Below, piece by piece: positions 9,011 to 18,728 of a DNA stretch of 64,000 bases. Within the stretch, counting starts at the first letter, position 1; the number at the start of each line of letters is the position of its first letter. The stretch is taken from the NCBI GenBank assembly GCA_000146465.1, contig CP001952.1, one strand, 5' to 3'. The notes below the pieces were generated by a model, which did not search any database, was not told the origin of the DNA, and was given only the letters and a program-made list of their open reading frames with translations. The translations under genes were made by a program, and so were the position numbers.

Positions 9011-10327
9011 ATGAAGAGACCGATAATAAACATCTTCTCCCCATACTCCATGGATGCAAGCTTCTATAGTCTACAAAAGGCCCTTGGAAAAAAAGGGATT
9101 CCAGAGTTTCCATCTCTTCTACCACACCAGCTCAGAGATCTCGAAACAACTTGCTGCTTAGGGGATTTTTACGAAAAGGTCATCTGTGAGGTTTCTCGAG
9201 ATAACAATTTGATTCCAATCCTTTCGTTTGTGACTGGACTCCCTATTGAGATCGATATAAAGGAAGTCGAAAAGCTCTTGGCAGAATACAAGCCTGTAAA
9301 GGGCGAGTTTTTCCGGGCCGGCCAGCACCTCCACCCTCTCCTTCCGGAAAAGGACGGATATCCGGACTTTGTAACAGGAAGTGGTAAGAAGATTGCCAAG
9401 AAAGAGCAGAGAGATAAGAACGAAGTGGATGGAGAGTGTAACGTAGAAAGCTACATAGTGGATAGGATTCGGAACGAAATTCTCGAAAAGGTGATGGACA
9501 TTGGATGGGATGATATCATCGGACTAAAGGATGTTAAGAAAACCATCAACGAGATTGTTCTTTGGCCCATGCAGCGTCCAGATCTGTTTACTGGCCTTCG
9601 GGGCCCCCCAAAGGGGCTTCTTCTTTTCGGACCTCCTGGAACAGGAAAGACTATGATAGGAAAATGCATTGCAAGCCAGTGCAAGGCAACTTTCTTTTCG
9701 ATAAGTGCTTCATCTTTGACCTCGAAGTGGGTTGGAGAGGGAGAAAAGATGGTCCGGGCGCTGTTCTATCTAGCAAGGTCAATGCAGCCATCGGTTGTTT
9801 TTATCGACGAGATTGACTCACTCCTTTCTCAGAGAAGCGACAACGAGAACGAAGGAAGCAGGAGAATCAAGACAGAGTTTCTGGTCCAGTTTGATGGAGC
9901 ATCAACTTCCAATTCCGACCGAATACTAGTGATCGGCGCAACAAACAGGCCCCACGAGATAGACGAAGCTGCAAGACGCAGGTTGGTGAAGAGAATTTAT
10001 GTTCCTCTGCCCGAGCATCTGGGCAGGAGGCAAATGATAGAGCATCTGATCAGAGATTACAGAAACATCCTCGGGCCCCAAGAATTCGATGAAGTTGCAG
10101 GAATGACAGAGGGATACTCTGGATCTGATATCTTTAATCTATGCAGAGAGGCTTCCCTAGAACCTTTGAGGGAAATCGATGACATCAAAGACTTCAAGAA
10201 TGAAGACACAAGGCCTATTTCCCTCGAAGACTTTAAGAAGGCTACAAGGCAGATAAAGAAAAGTGTTTCCGAAAGAGATCTTGAGATCTATTCCGACTGG
10301 AATTCTAAGTTCGGGTCTGTTTCATAG
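9011..10327 (+). CDS. Meiotic-clade AAA ATPase, fidgetin-like-1/katanin-p60 family
   Basis: [68 protein letters not shown]...[14 protein letters not shown]...[14 protein letters not shown]...[25 protein letters not shown] is nearly identical in the AAA core to FIGNL1 ([68 protein letters not shown]...). Walker A and B and the C-terminal helix are present. Confidence 0.8.
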   Translation: MKRPIINIFSPYSMDASFYSLQKALGKKGIPEFPSLLPHQLRDLETTCCLGDFYEKVICEVSRDNNLIPILSFVTGLPIEIDIKEVEKLLAEYKPVKGEFFRAGQHLHPLLPEKDGYPDFVTGSGKKIAKKEQRDKNEVDGECNVESYIVDRIRNEILEKVMDIGWDDIIGLKDVKKTINEIVLWPMQRPDLFTGLRGPPKGLLLFGPPGTGKTMIGKCIASQCKATFFSISASSLTSKWVGEGEKMVRALFYLARSMQPSVVFIDEIDSLLSQRSDNENEGSRRIKTEFLVQFDGASTSNSDRILVIGATNRPHEIDEAARRRLVKRIYVPLPEHLGRRQMIEHLIRDYRNILGPQEFDEVAGMTEGYSGSDIFNLCREASLEPLREIDDIKDFKNEDTRPISLEDFKKATRQIKKSVSERDLEIYSDWNSKFGSVS

Positions 10328-10747
10328 ACCAACTGGTGAGTCGAACAAGTCGAGATCGAGCTTTACAGTCTGATAGCTTTGGCCCTCTATCGTGTGGTCT
10401 TTTTGTGCACCTGAAAACAAGAAGATAGACTTCCTGTTGGCTATGCAAGCCTGCCTTAGGAATTCGTGCTCAAAGTCATTAAATTCAAAATCCAGCAATA
10501 TAAACATGTTGAAGTTTCCCAGATGGTCAACAATCACCTGAAATGGCTCTTCTGTCACAACGATTTTTACTCGGCCTCTGCACATCCTCAACAGCTTAAA
10601 TGGAGGCACAGTCCCAGGCTTTCTATGCACAACCAGTGTAGAATCAAAATATGGAAGGAAAGAGTATATTCTGTCAAAACTCTTTTCAATCGGAGTATAT
10701 TGGAATCTTACGTATCCGTGGGAAATCTGTTTTAGAAAATCCTCCAT
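10322..10747 (-). CDS. Hypothetical protein, about 141 aa
   Basis: The track ORF 10322..10984 would overlap the PTR2 gene start by 156 nt. Its upstream 79 codons are antisense to PTR2 and Cys-rich, so I used the internal ATG at 10745-10747 ([16 protein letters not shown]...). No family recognised. Confidence 0.35.
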   Translation of the reverse strand: MEDFLKQISHGYVRFQYTPIEKSFDRIYSFLPYFDSTLVVHRKPGTVPPFKLLRMCRGRVKIVVTEEPFQVIVDHLGNFNMFILLDFEFNDFEHEFLRQACIANRKSIFLFSGAQKDHTIEGQSYQTVKLDLDLFDSPVGL

Positions 10748-10828
10748 CTGGCCTATATAAGCTCGAGGCCTCAACCTAAAGATGATATAGAAAACAAAAC
10801 TTGTTTCAAGACAGAGATAAAATACTTT

Positions 10829-12268
10829 ATGAACACCACAACAATGAATAGAACAACCCTGTTCCTCATAATATGCAATGAATTCTGCGAGCGGTTCTGC
10901 TTCTACGGTCTGAAGTCCCTTCTCTTTTCTTTTGCAAAAACAGAGTACAACTTCTCCATAAAGGCCTCGACCATGATCCTCCATTTCTTCATTTCCATGA
11001 GCTATCTGTTCACTCTTCTTGGAGCACTTCTTGCAGACAGGTTCTTGGGACGATACAACACTATCCTGGTGCTTAGTCCTCTATACCTTACAGGAACTTC
11101 CATCCTCACTTACTGCTCCGTTGTCTCGGGGTCCCCTTGGGTCCTGATGGCAAGCCTGGCCATGGTGGCTGTTGGCACAGGGGGGATCAAACCCTGTATT
11201 GCTACATTTGGTGGAGACCAGTTTGGTCCCAACGAAGCGGAAGGCCTGAGAAAGTTCTTTGACATCTTTTACTTTGTTATAAACATTGGCAGCATGGTCT
11301 CCATGATGCTCGTCCCTGCCATGTCAAACGTCGCTTGCCTTGGGAAGCTGTCTTGCTATCCTCTGGCATTTGGAATGTCGAGTGCATTGCTTGGAGCCTC
11401 CATATTTTTATTTGTTGCTGGAGAAAAGCTTTACGTCATCAAGCCAGCAAGAAAAGAACAATTTTCAAATGAGTTTCGTTTCTTGGTGGAGAACTTGAAG
11501 AGCTTATTCCAAAAAAGGCCTGAAAGCTGCGAGGAGCAAACTCAGGAAAGTGGGAAGACAGCTGCAGAGGCCGTCTCCGCATCACATTCGCAAGATACAA
11601 AAAAAAGGATTTGGAAGATACTCAAGATCTTGGGGCCGGCAATGTTCTTCTGGACACTTAGCGATCAGCAGTCCTCCTCATGGGTGGAACAGGGCCAGAA
11701 GATGGGTATACGCCAAAGCATATTTGGCTATGGAGTAGATATCCTTCCCTCCCAGATGCAGGCCCTCAATCCTATATTTATTCTTTTCTTCATACCTATA
11801 TTTTCAGGATTTGTCTATCCGCTGCTTGGATGGCTTGGAGTCTTCTCCTCTCGAGAAGACAAGATGGGGCTTGGGATTGTATTTGGATCTCTTGCCTTCT
11901 TCTATTCTGGATATCTGGAGCATCGGATAGTTCAGCTTGTATCTTCGGAAGAGAAGCTGTCGATCCTATGGCAAGTACCTCAATATGCCATAATGACGGT
12001 TGGAGAAATAATGTTGAATGTGACTGGAATGGAGTACATGTATGTCGAGGCTCCAGAGACAATGAAGTCTCTAGCCCTATCCATGTGGCTCTTGGCTGTG
12101 GCTGTAGGAAACCTCCTAATTATGGCACTGACATTTCTAGACCCAATCTCTCTGCTTTCCTCTCATCGCCATGACATGTGGAGCTTTGCAATGTACGGAG
12201 CCCTAGGACTTGTAGCGTCCAGTTATATGTTCAAGACTTCAAGATCAAACCGCAACTCCAAAGGATAG
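10829..12268 (+). CDS. PTR2: Proton-dependent oligopeptide transporter, POT/PTR2 family
   Basis: PTR2 signature motifs FCERFCFYGLKSLL (ERFSYYG) and GTGGIKPCIATFGGDQF (GGIKPNVS.FGADQF). Multiple TM helices. ATG at 10829. Confidence 0.75.
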   Translation: MNTTTMNRTTLFLIICNEFCERFCFYGLKSLLFSFAKTEYNFSIKASTMILHFFISMSYLFTLLGALLADRFLGRYNTILVLSPLYLTGTSILTYCSVVSGSPWVLMASLAMVAVGTGGIKPCIATFGGDQFGPNEAEGLRKFFDIFYFVINIGSMVSMMLVPAMSNVACLGKLSCYPLAFGMSSALLGASIFLFVAGEKLYVIKPARKEQFSNEFRFLVENLKSLFQKRPESCEEQTQESGKTAAEAVSASHSQDTKKRIWKILKILGPAMFFWTLSDQQSSSWVEQGQKMGIRQSIFGYGVDILPSQMQALNPIFILFFIPIFSGFVYPLLGWLGVFSSREDKMGLGIVFGSLAFFYSGYLEHRIVQLVSSEEKLSILWQVPQYAIMTVGEIMLNVTGMEYMYVEAPETMKSLALSMWLLAVAVGNLLIMALTFLDPISLLSSHRHDMWSFAMYGALGLVASSYMFKTSRSNRNSKG

Positions 12269-12395
12269 TTCCAAATAGACTCAAGAGTCTGGCTGGTGCA
12301 AGATAGACTATTGCCATCCGAAAAAGGTTATTGGCTTTTAGGAGAAGAAAGGGCCTGGGCCCTAAGGAGATCTAAAAATTAAGCCAACCCATAAA

Positions 12396-12937
12396 ATGAT
12401 GAGAACAACATTCAAGACTCTATGCCTTCTTCTCACCAACATCTTGTTGCTACTATCCAGCTGTGTTCTCGGAGCACTAATATCCTCAATCCCAAACTCC
12501 AAAAGCATATACAAGAATGCAAATATACAGATCACTTACATGCTCCTTCTTGCAAATGCAGGCCTTTCTCTTTTTACTTTTGTGATAGTTCAGAACCTCA
12601 ACGATGTATTTCTTCACAGGGCAAGGTCTCCAAGAGGTGTTGAGACGAAGATGAAGATCCAATGGATAATTCTCTCGATAGTGACGTTTTTTTTCGGGGT
12701 CTTCCACTTGCCACTAATTACATCCAACACAGAGAAGTTTCTCAAAATGGACATCATGGCCTTAATGACTGCCACGATCTTAGCTCTACAAGTAAGTGAA
12801 AAAGTTAATTTTAGATTGTTATGCTCTTCATTGTATACTCCATGCATCCAGACTTGTTTGGAATCAAGTATAACCGAGAGATTCGGAACTATGTGGAAAG
12901 ACTTGAAGCAGAGTCTAGTAGGGAAAACAGGATGTGA
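12396..12937 (+). CDS. Small 4-TM membrane protein, proposed two-exon gene: join(12396..12791,12815..12937)
   Basis: The unspliced ORF 12396..13007 ends in a Cys-rich junk-like tail. Removing the 23-nt GTAAGT...TTTTAG element gives MALMTATILALQ|IVMLFIVYSM, a continuous 4th TM helix, followed by a short charged tail and a stop at 12935-12937. Confidence 0.4.
12792..12814 (+). other. Candidate 23-nt spliceosomal intron (gtaagtgaaaaagttaattttag)
   Basis: 5' GTAAGT at 12792-12797, a possible branch region ttaatttt, and a 3' AG at 12813-12814. The 23 nt is not a multiple of 3, and splicing restores a plausible membrane-protein reading frame. Confidence 0.4.
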
Positions 12938-13046
12938 CAGCAGGCTTTTACAAACAATATCCTTTAAGAATAAACTTCGTTTTACTCCTATTTACAGGAA
13001 CTTTTAGAAAGAGAAGATCCGAGGCTTTATTGGATAAACACATACT

Positions 13047-13295
13047 TTAGGTACTATGCTTCTCATCCATTTTCCTCTTTATCTTTGATAGGAAGTCACG
13101 ACACTTGAGAAGATCGCTCACCGGTAACCTGAAGGAGTTCCGGTCCATCTCTCTCATCACAGTACGTATCTTCTTTCCAATGTTCATTCTGTACTTTTCC
13201 TCTCTTACTCCAAAGTCCTCCCCACAGGTCCCTATCAATGCCATTTGGGAATTCAGTGTCATGAAGTTGTTGTGGCTCATCATGTTAAACTGCAA
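13047..13295 (-). CDS. Small hypothetical protein, 82 aa
   Basis: Compact ORF divergent from the reductase gene across a 250-bp AT-rich spacer. No family recognised. Confidence 0.3.
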   Translation of the reverse strand: MQFNMMSHNNFMTLNSQMALIGTCGEDFGVREEKYRMNIGKKIRTVMREMDRNSFRLPVSDLLKCRDFLSKIKRKMDEKHST

Positions 13296-13546
13296 ATAAA
13301 ACTTTTTATTTATATTTTCGTCGCAGAGATTACTGCCGTTTCCAACAAATGAAGAATATTTGTTTTAGACCAAATTAAATATTGTTTTTGGCCTTAAAAA
13401 ATTTCCAAATTAAATCTACAATCTCCCGCCATCGCAAACGTGCTATACCTGTTAATTAAACGAACTCCCACATTCCCCTCTCTAAGCAATTGGTTCTCTA
13501 TTTTTACGCATTAGAGAAAATATAATTCTCTCCATCAAAACAAAAG

Positions 13547-14407
13547 ATGTTTGCTATTTCTTTGATATTTGTGGCTCTTGCCATTGCTTACTTTGCTGTA
13601 AGACTCGGCACCACACATGAAATAAAGAATAAAAAAATTCTAGTAATCGGAGGTAGCAGCGGACTTGGCCTGGCCTTTGCTCGTGTGTTGAAAAAGGAAG
13701 GAAACAACGTCACAATAACATCAAGATCAATGGAAAGACTCGTGCCACTTGGAAAGAAATGGGGCTTTGAAACCAAGGTACTGGATATAAATGTTGTAGG
13801 CGGGCAGGAATCCACAGACTTCGACTACATATTCTGCTGTCCAGGTGTCTCATATCCTGCATACTTTGTCGACCAACCGCTTGAAACTTTTCAGGATACG
13901 ATGAGTACAAACTACCTAGGGACTGTTGCCATGCTGAAGCACTACGCAGAAGTTAACAAAAAGCCTTTTAAGTTTGTCATGATAGGATCGACACTTGTTC
14001 TACTTACATTTCCTGGGTTTTCTTCATACTCCCCAACAAAGACTGCTCTCCTTTCGCTCTTCTGTACTGTTCGTGATGAAATGGAGAGGCAAGGAGTGGA
14101 GCTCTATCTTTACAATACGGCATCCATCCTGACTCCGGGCTTTGAGAGAGAAAACAAGACAAAGCCTTCATACACAAAGGCCATTGAAGAGATGGTCCCT
14201 CCATCCTCGGCTGAGGAGAGGGCTGTAGCATTTCTGATTGGGATGAAAAAGAGAAGAATGGTGGCATCGGATGTCTTCACATACTTGTGCCAAATAAGAT
14301 TTGAATGTGAATGTCTTATCGACTACATCCTATTCCCTGTTTCTGTTGCCGTTGTATTTATTGTGCGGGCTTATGTGAAATGGAGGTTCATGGCCGAGAA
14401 AATGTAG
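13547..14407 (+). CDS. TSC10: 3-ketodihydrosphingosine reductase (KDSR/Tsc10), SDR family
   Basis: N-terminal membrane anchor, then the Rossmann motif KKILVIGGSSGLGLAFA, the NYLGTV segment and the catalytic Y-x3-K (YSPTKTAL). The stretch LTPGFERENKTKP matches KDSR (DTPGFAEENRTKP). Confidence 0.8.
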   Translation: MFAISLIFVALAIAYFAVRLGTTHEIKNKKILVIGGSSGLGLAFARVLKKEGNNVTITSRSMERLVPLGKKWGFETKVLDINVVGGQESTDFDYIFCCPGVSYPAYFVDQPLETFQDTMSTNYLGTVAMLKHYAEVNKKPFKFVMIGSTLVLLTFPGFSSYSPTKTALLSLFCTVRDEMERQGVELYLYNTASILTPGFERENKTKPSYTKAIEEMVPPSSAEERAVAFLIGMKKRRMVASDVFTYLCQIRFECECLIDYILFPVSVAVVFIVRAYVKWRFMAEKM

Positions 14408-14444
14408 ACTGTGAAAAATGTTTGCCGAAAAGTAAATGGTAGCT

Positions 14445-15125
14445 TCAATTGAATTTAATCGATCCGTCAGACATAACACATAGTTTTTTGTTTCCAAGAG
14501 CAATCTCCTCAAATAGCTTGTTGACTGTTCCCCAGTTCACAACATTCCACCACTTTTCTACATATTCGGCCCTTGCACTCTTATACTTCAGGTAGTATGC
14601 ATGCTCCCATACATCCAAGCCAAGTATCGGAATTGTGTTTGAGGTTTTCATACATATCGAGTCCTGGTTATGTGTCTTTCTGATAACAAGAATACCCTCG
14701 CTCTGTCTGTAGCATATCCACACCCATCCCGAGCCAAATAAAGACACTGCAGCACTATTGAATTCCTCAACCATCTTCTCATAGGATCCAAAGGACTTAT
14801 TAATATACTCCTGGAGAGTCGGACTTATGGGATCGCTAGTTCCAGGAGGACACATCATCTTCCAGAACAGGCTATGGTTGTAGTGTCCTCCAGAGAAGTT
14901 TGATATGTCTCTTCTTACACTACTTCGAACTCCCACAATTCCCCGGCTCTTTGTAACACAGTAGTTGAGGCTTCTCCCCTTAATGTTGTTACTCTGGAGT
15001 GTCTTTTCGAGATTGTTGATGTATCCCTGGTGGTGCTTTGTATGGTGAATCTTCATTGTTTCTGCATCGATAAAGGGCTCAAGTGCATCATATGGATAGT
15101 CGAGTTCCGGAAGTTTAAATTCCAT
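14445..15125 (-). CDS. SOD2: Mn/Fe superoxide dismutase
   Basis: LPELDYPYDALEPFIDAETMKIHHTKHHQGYINNL ... DVWEHAYYLKY is the canonical Fe/Mn-SOD signature. CCC lies immediately upstream of the ATG at 15123-15125. Confidence 0.9.
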   Translation of the reverse strand: MEFKLPELDYPYDALEPFIDAETMKIHHTKHHQGYINNLEKTLQSNNIKGRSLNYCVTKSRGIVGVRSSVRRDISNFSGGHYNHSLFWKMMCPPGTSDPISPTLQEYINKSFGSYEKMVEEFNSAAVSLFGSGWVWICYRQSEGILVIRKTHNQDSICMKTSNTIPILGLDVWEHAYYLKYKSARAEYVEKWWNVVNWGTVNKLFEEIALGNKKLCVMSDGSIKFN

Positions 15126-15202
15126 GGGTATCTCATCTGGAACAATTTAGAAGTCCTCCTCTCTAAATATTGCATGCCAGAGGCCTTCACCATAAAAGGA
15201 AT

Positions 15203-15556
15203 ATGAGAAGGAACTCCATGTATATACAAATACCCAGGGACCCGAGAACAGACAGAACCTCGTTTATAGTATCGATGCCTGAGCAGATGAAAGGGAAGAT
15301 CGAAAGCCAGAAGTGGGAGGAGATAGTATCTGGGCTGAACAATATATTCTACGAACTTGAGTCTCCATCCTTGATGTCTTTTATCAAAACCGTGTTTATT
15401 ATTCCATTTCTGGTAGGGAGTCCAAAAAATGTCTTCGTAAGGGTTGAGGAATATCTATCGGATGCAAACAAGCTTTTGGGGAAGCACGGACTCCGCATAG
15501 TCCATCCGGGGAATCACCAGTATGTTGAGCTTGAGGTGGAGATCTATCAAGATTGA
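15203..15556 (+). CDS. Erf4 / GOLGA7-family protein (palmitoyltransferase accessory subunit)
   Basis: IQIPRDPRTDRTSF...KIESQKWEEIVSGLNNIFYELE...RVEEYLSDANKLLGKHGLRIVHP...ELEVEIYQD parallels GOLGA7/Erf4 (IQRDYS...QFEETVRTLNNLYAEAE...[21 protein letters not shown]...IEITIYEDR). The track TTG start at 15170 was replaced by the ATG at 15203. Confidence 0.6.
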   Translation: MRRNSMYIQIPRDPRTDRTSFIVSMPEQMKGKIESQKWEEIVSGLNNIFYELESPSLMSFIKTVFIIPFLVGSPKNVFVRVEEYLSDANKLLGKHGLRIVHPGNHQYVELEVEIYQD

Positions 15557-15638
15557 TGGCTGGACTCTGGATGGGCTGGAGATGGAATATCTTTAATGTG
15601 CCTTGATCTATAATTATAATTTTTTCTGATCCTCAGGA

Positions 15639-18600
15639 ATGTACAAGAAGAATGCCAACTTTGTTGAGTGCGAAGAAGAGGTACTTGAATATTGGAAAAG
15701 TAGAAGGTGCTTTGAAAGGGCATGTGAGATGAGTAAGGGCAGGAAGAAGTTCACCTTCTACGATGGTCCTCCGTTTGCAACAGGACTGCCACACTACGGC
15801 CACATCCTTAGCGGGACAATCAAGGATACTGTTACAAGATTCTTCTACCAACAGGGGTATGATGTGGACAGGAGGTTTGGATGGGATTGCCACGGTCTTC
15901 CTGTTGAGTATGAGATTGACAAGAAGTTGGGTATAAGTAGTAGAGATGAGGTTTTGAAGATGGGAATCGACAAGTACAACAAGGAGTGCAGAGGAATTGT
16001 GATGAAGTATAGCAGTGAATGGGAGAAGGTTGTGGAGAGGCTGGGACGATGGATAAGTTTTGAGAATGGGTATAAGACTATGGACAAGACGTTTATGGAA
16101 AGTGTGTGGAACATCTTCAAGGAGCTTTTTAACAGGGGGCTAGTGTACAGAGGGTTCCGAGTGATGCCTTTTTCTACGGCATGCTCGACGCCTCTGAGTA
16201 ACTTCGAGTCCAACCAAAACTACAAGGACGTCAGCGACCCATCTGTTCTTATTGCCTTTCCTCTTCTCAAGCCTTTTGAGGGTTACAAGCTATCTCTGGT
16301 TGCATGGACAACCACTCCCTGGACACTGCCGTCGAACTGTGCACTTGTGGTGAACCCCGAGTTTTCGTACGGAATCTTCGAAGAGAAGCAGAAGTTCTAC
16401 CTGATGCATGTTAATAGAGTTGAAGAATATTTCAAGGATGCCAAGATTCTGAAGAGGATTTCAGGAAGCGAGCTTGAAGGTCTTGAGTATGAACAACCGT
16501 TTCCTTATTTTGAGGAGTATAGGAAGAAGGGGTTTTTCCGAGTCTATGGATCTGGATTTGTCACGGATACAGATGGAACAGGGATTGTTCACTCTGCACC
16601 TGGATTTGGGGAGAGCGACTACAACGTGTTTGTCGAGAAAGGACTAATACGTGAGAACGACCTTGTTCCCTGTCCTGTTGATGAGAACGGGAGATACACA
16701 AGTGAGGTAAAGGACTATGCAGGGAAGTATGTCAAAGACTGCGATAAGGCCATTCTTTTGGACATCAAGGACAAGGTCCTCTTGAACCAAAGGATAGTGC
16801 ACAAGTATCCGTTCTGCTGGAGATCTGACACACCTCTTTTATACAAGCTTGTTCCAAACTGGTTTGTCAGGGTTAAGGACCACGTGGATTCTCTTTTGAG
16901 AAACAACGAGGAAATAAATTGGGTACCTCCGGACATAAAATACAAGAGATTCCACAACTGGCTGGAGAATGCAAGAGACTGGTCGGTCTCAAGAAACAGG
17001 TTTTGGGGAACACCTATTCCCTTGTGGACCACTCTCGACTACAAGGATGTAATATGTGTGGGGTCTGTGGAAGAGCTTGAAAGACTGAGTGGAAGGAAGA
17101 TTGATGACATCCACAGGGAGTTTATTGATGACATTGTCATACACAAGGATGGGAAGGAGTACAGAAGAGTTGAGGAGGTTCTTGACTGCTGGTTTGAAAG
17201 CGGAAGCATGCCTTATGCACAAGACCACTGGCCATTCAAGGAGAGGCTAGAAGCAGGCCTTAAGAACCTCTCTGTGGAAGAAGGAAAGGAAGGAAAACTT
17301 GTGAAGGAGAACTTTCCGGCCGACTTTATTGGAGAAGGAGTCGACCAAACAAGAGGATGGTTCTATACTCTTCATGTGGTGTCTTCGCTTCTATTTGGGC
17401 AACCGGCATTCCTCAATGTGATTGTCAACGGAATAGTGCTTGCAGAGGATGGGCGAAAGATGAGCAAAAGGCTGAAGAACTACCCAGATCCTTCTGTTAT
17501 ATTCAACACCTATGGTGCAGACTCTCTCAGAATGTATCTGATATCAAGTCCTGTTGTTGAGGCGGAAAATCTAAAGTTCAATGAGAACGGGGTCAAGGAG
17601 GTTTTGAAGACATTGATTATTCCATGGTACAATTCTTTAGGATTCTACCTTGAAAACAGGCATTTGGAGCCCCGGGGAGAACGTCTACTTATGGACGACT
17701 GGATAAGAACAACATTTGACAATTTCACTGTGTCTTTGACCGACAAAATGAAGAGATATGAGCTTTCTTCGGTGCTTTCTTTGGCACTAAGATTTGTCGA
17801 TGACCTATCCAACTGGTACATCAGGATGCACAGAAAAGAAATAAGGGCAGGCCATCATACTGTTCTTGGAGATACACTCCGGAAGTTCTCCATAGTGATG
17901 GCCCCATTTACTCCTTTTTTCAGTGAGTACTCCTATCAATCGATTAATCCTGGAGAGAGTGTCCATTTCCAGCAGTATCCGGTATGCAAAAGTGGAATCC
18001 ATCCCTTTGAGACGGCCAAGAGCATTATAACTGCAGTGAGACGTCTTAGGGAAATGAACTCGATATCTCTGAAGACTCCGCTCAAAAGCGCCACGTTGAT
18101 AAGTAGTACCGAATTATATCAGAAAATCAGGGATTATATGGATTTAATCAAGTCGGAGTGCAATGTCCTGGAGCTGCTCCATAAGGAAGAAGGAAAGTCT
18201 ATGTTCGACATTACGGTGAAGCCCAACTTCCAGAATCTGAAAAAGAACAAAGATACCATGAAGAGAAAAATGGAGCTTATCCGAAAGTTAACAAGTGATG
18301 AGGCATATGTCCTTTTAAGCTCGTCTCTGAATATGGAAGGCCTTGAGATCCTTCAAGACGACGTATTGATTGTGAAGAAAATCAAACATGCAGAGGGTAT
18401 CTCCCAGGAGTTTGGAGACTTCAGTATAGCCATTGATAACACTCTGAACGAGGACATAGTTGAAATGAAGGTTGCAAGGGAATTCCACAGCTATGTTCAA
18501 AAGCTAAGAAAGAGCATGGGCCTAAGCATCAGTGACGATGTGGTGGTGGATGTTGAGTGCTCTGATCTAAAGAGTATTGTGGGAAAGCACTTCGATATCT

Positions 18601-18689
18601 CCTTTGGAAATCTGGGAGTCCTGTGCGGAAAGGGAGAATATGAGTTTGATGGCACTTTGTACTCTGTCTCCCTCTACAAAAAGGCCTAA
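15639..18689 (+). CDS. ILS1: Isoleucyl-tRNA synthetase, cytoplasmic type
   Basis: PPFATGLPHYGHILSGTIKDTVTRFFYQQGYDVDRRFGWDCHGLPVEYEIDKKLGI (HIGH region) and KMSKRLKNYPDP (KMSKS) match class-I IleRS. 1016 aa. Confidence 0.9.
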   Translation: MYKKNANFVECEEEVLEYWKSRRCFERACEMSKGRKKFTFYDGPPFATGLPHYGHILSGTIKDTVTRFFYQQGYDVDRRFGWDCHGLPVEYEIDKKLGISSRDEVLKMGIDKYNKECRGIVMKYSSEWEKVVERLGRWISFENGYKTMDKTFMESVWNIFKELFNRGLVYRGFRVMPFSTACSTPLSNFESNQNYKDVSDPSVLIAFPLLKPFEGYKLSLVAWTTTPWTLPSNCALVVNPEFSYGIFEEKQKFYLMHVNRVEEYFKDAKILKRISGSELEGLEYEQPFPYFEEYRKKGFFRVYGSGFVTDTDGTGIVHSAPGFGESDYNVFVEKGLIRENDLVPCPVDENGRYTSEVKDYAGKYVKDCDKAILLDIKDKVLLNQRIVHKYPFCWRSDTPLLYKLVPNWFVRVKDHVDSLLRNNEEINWVPPDIKYKRFHNWLENARDWSVSRNRFWGTPIPLWTTLDYKDVICVGSVEELERLSGRKIDDIHREFIDDIVIHKDGKEYRRVEEVLDCWFESGSMPYAQDHWPFKERLEAGLKNLSVEEGKEGKLVKENFPADFIGEGVDQTRGWFYTLHVVSSLLFGQPAFLNVIVNGIVLAEDGRKMSKRLKNYPDPSVIFNTYGADSLRMYLISSPVVEAENLKFNENGVKEVLKTLIIPWYNSLGFYLENRHLEPRGERLLMDDWIRTTFDNFTVSLTDKMKRYELSSVLSLALRFVDDLSNWYIRMHRKEIRAGHHTVLGDTLRKFSIVMAPFTPFFSEYSYQSINPGESVHFQQYPVCKSGIHPFETAKSIITAVRRLREMNSISLKTPLKSATLISSTELYQKIRDYMDLIKSECNVLELLHKEEGKSMFDITVKPNFQNLKKNKDTMKRKMELIRKLTSDEAYVLLSSSLNMEGLEILQDDVLIVKKIKHAEGISQEFGDFSIAIDNTLNEDIVEMKVAREFHSYVQKLRKSMGLSISDDVVVDVECSDLKSIVGKHFDISFGNLGVLCGKGEYEFDGTLYSVSLYKKA

Positions 18690-18728
18690 CCACAAACACC
18701 ATTAAACACCCAACTTACTCGAGTCTGT

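Noticed and set aside
10748-10984. Upstream 79 codons of track ORF 10322..10984 (minus strand), which would overlap the PTR2 start
   Set aside because: They are antisense to the PTR2 N-terminus, Cys-rich and compositionally odd. An internal ATG at 10747 gives a non-overlapping gene, so I treat the extension as ORF-finder shadow.
13546-13548. One-nucleotide disagreement between my hand count of the KDSR ATG (13546) and the ORF track (13547)
   Set aside because: Other anchors agree exactly with the track (stops at 13299, 14407 and 14445), so this is most likely my own transcription error. The track coordinate is kept.
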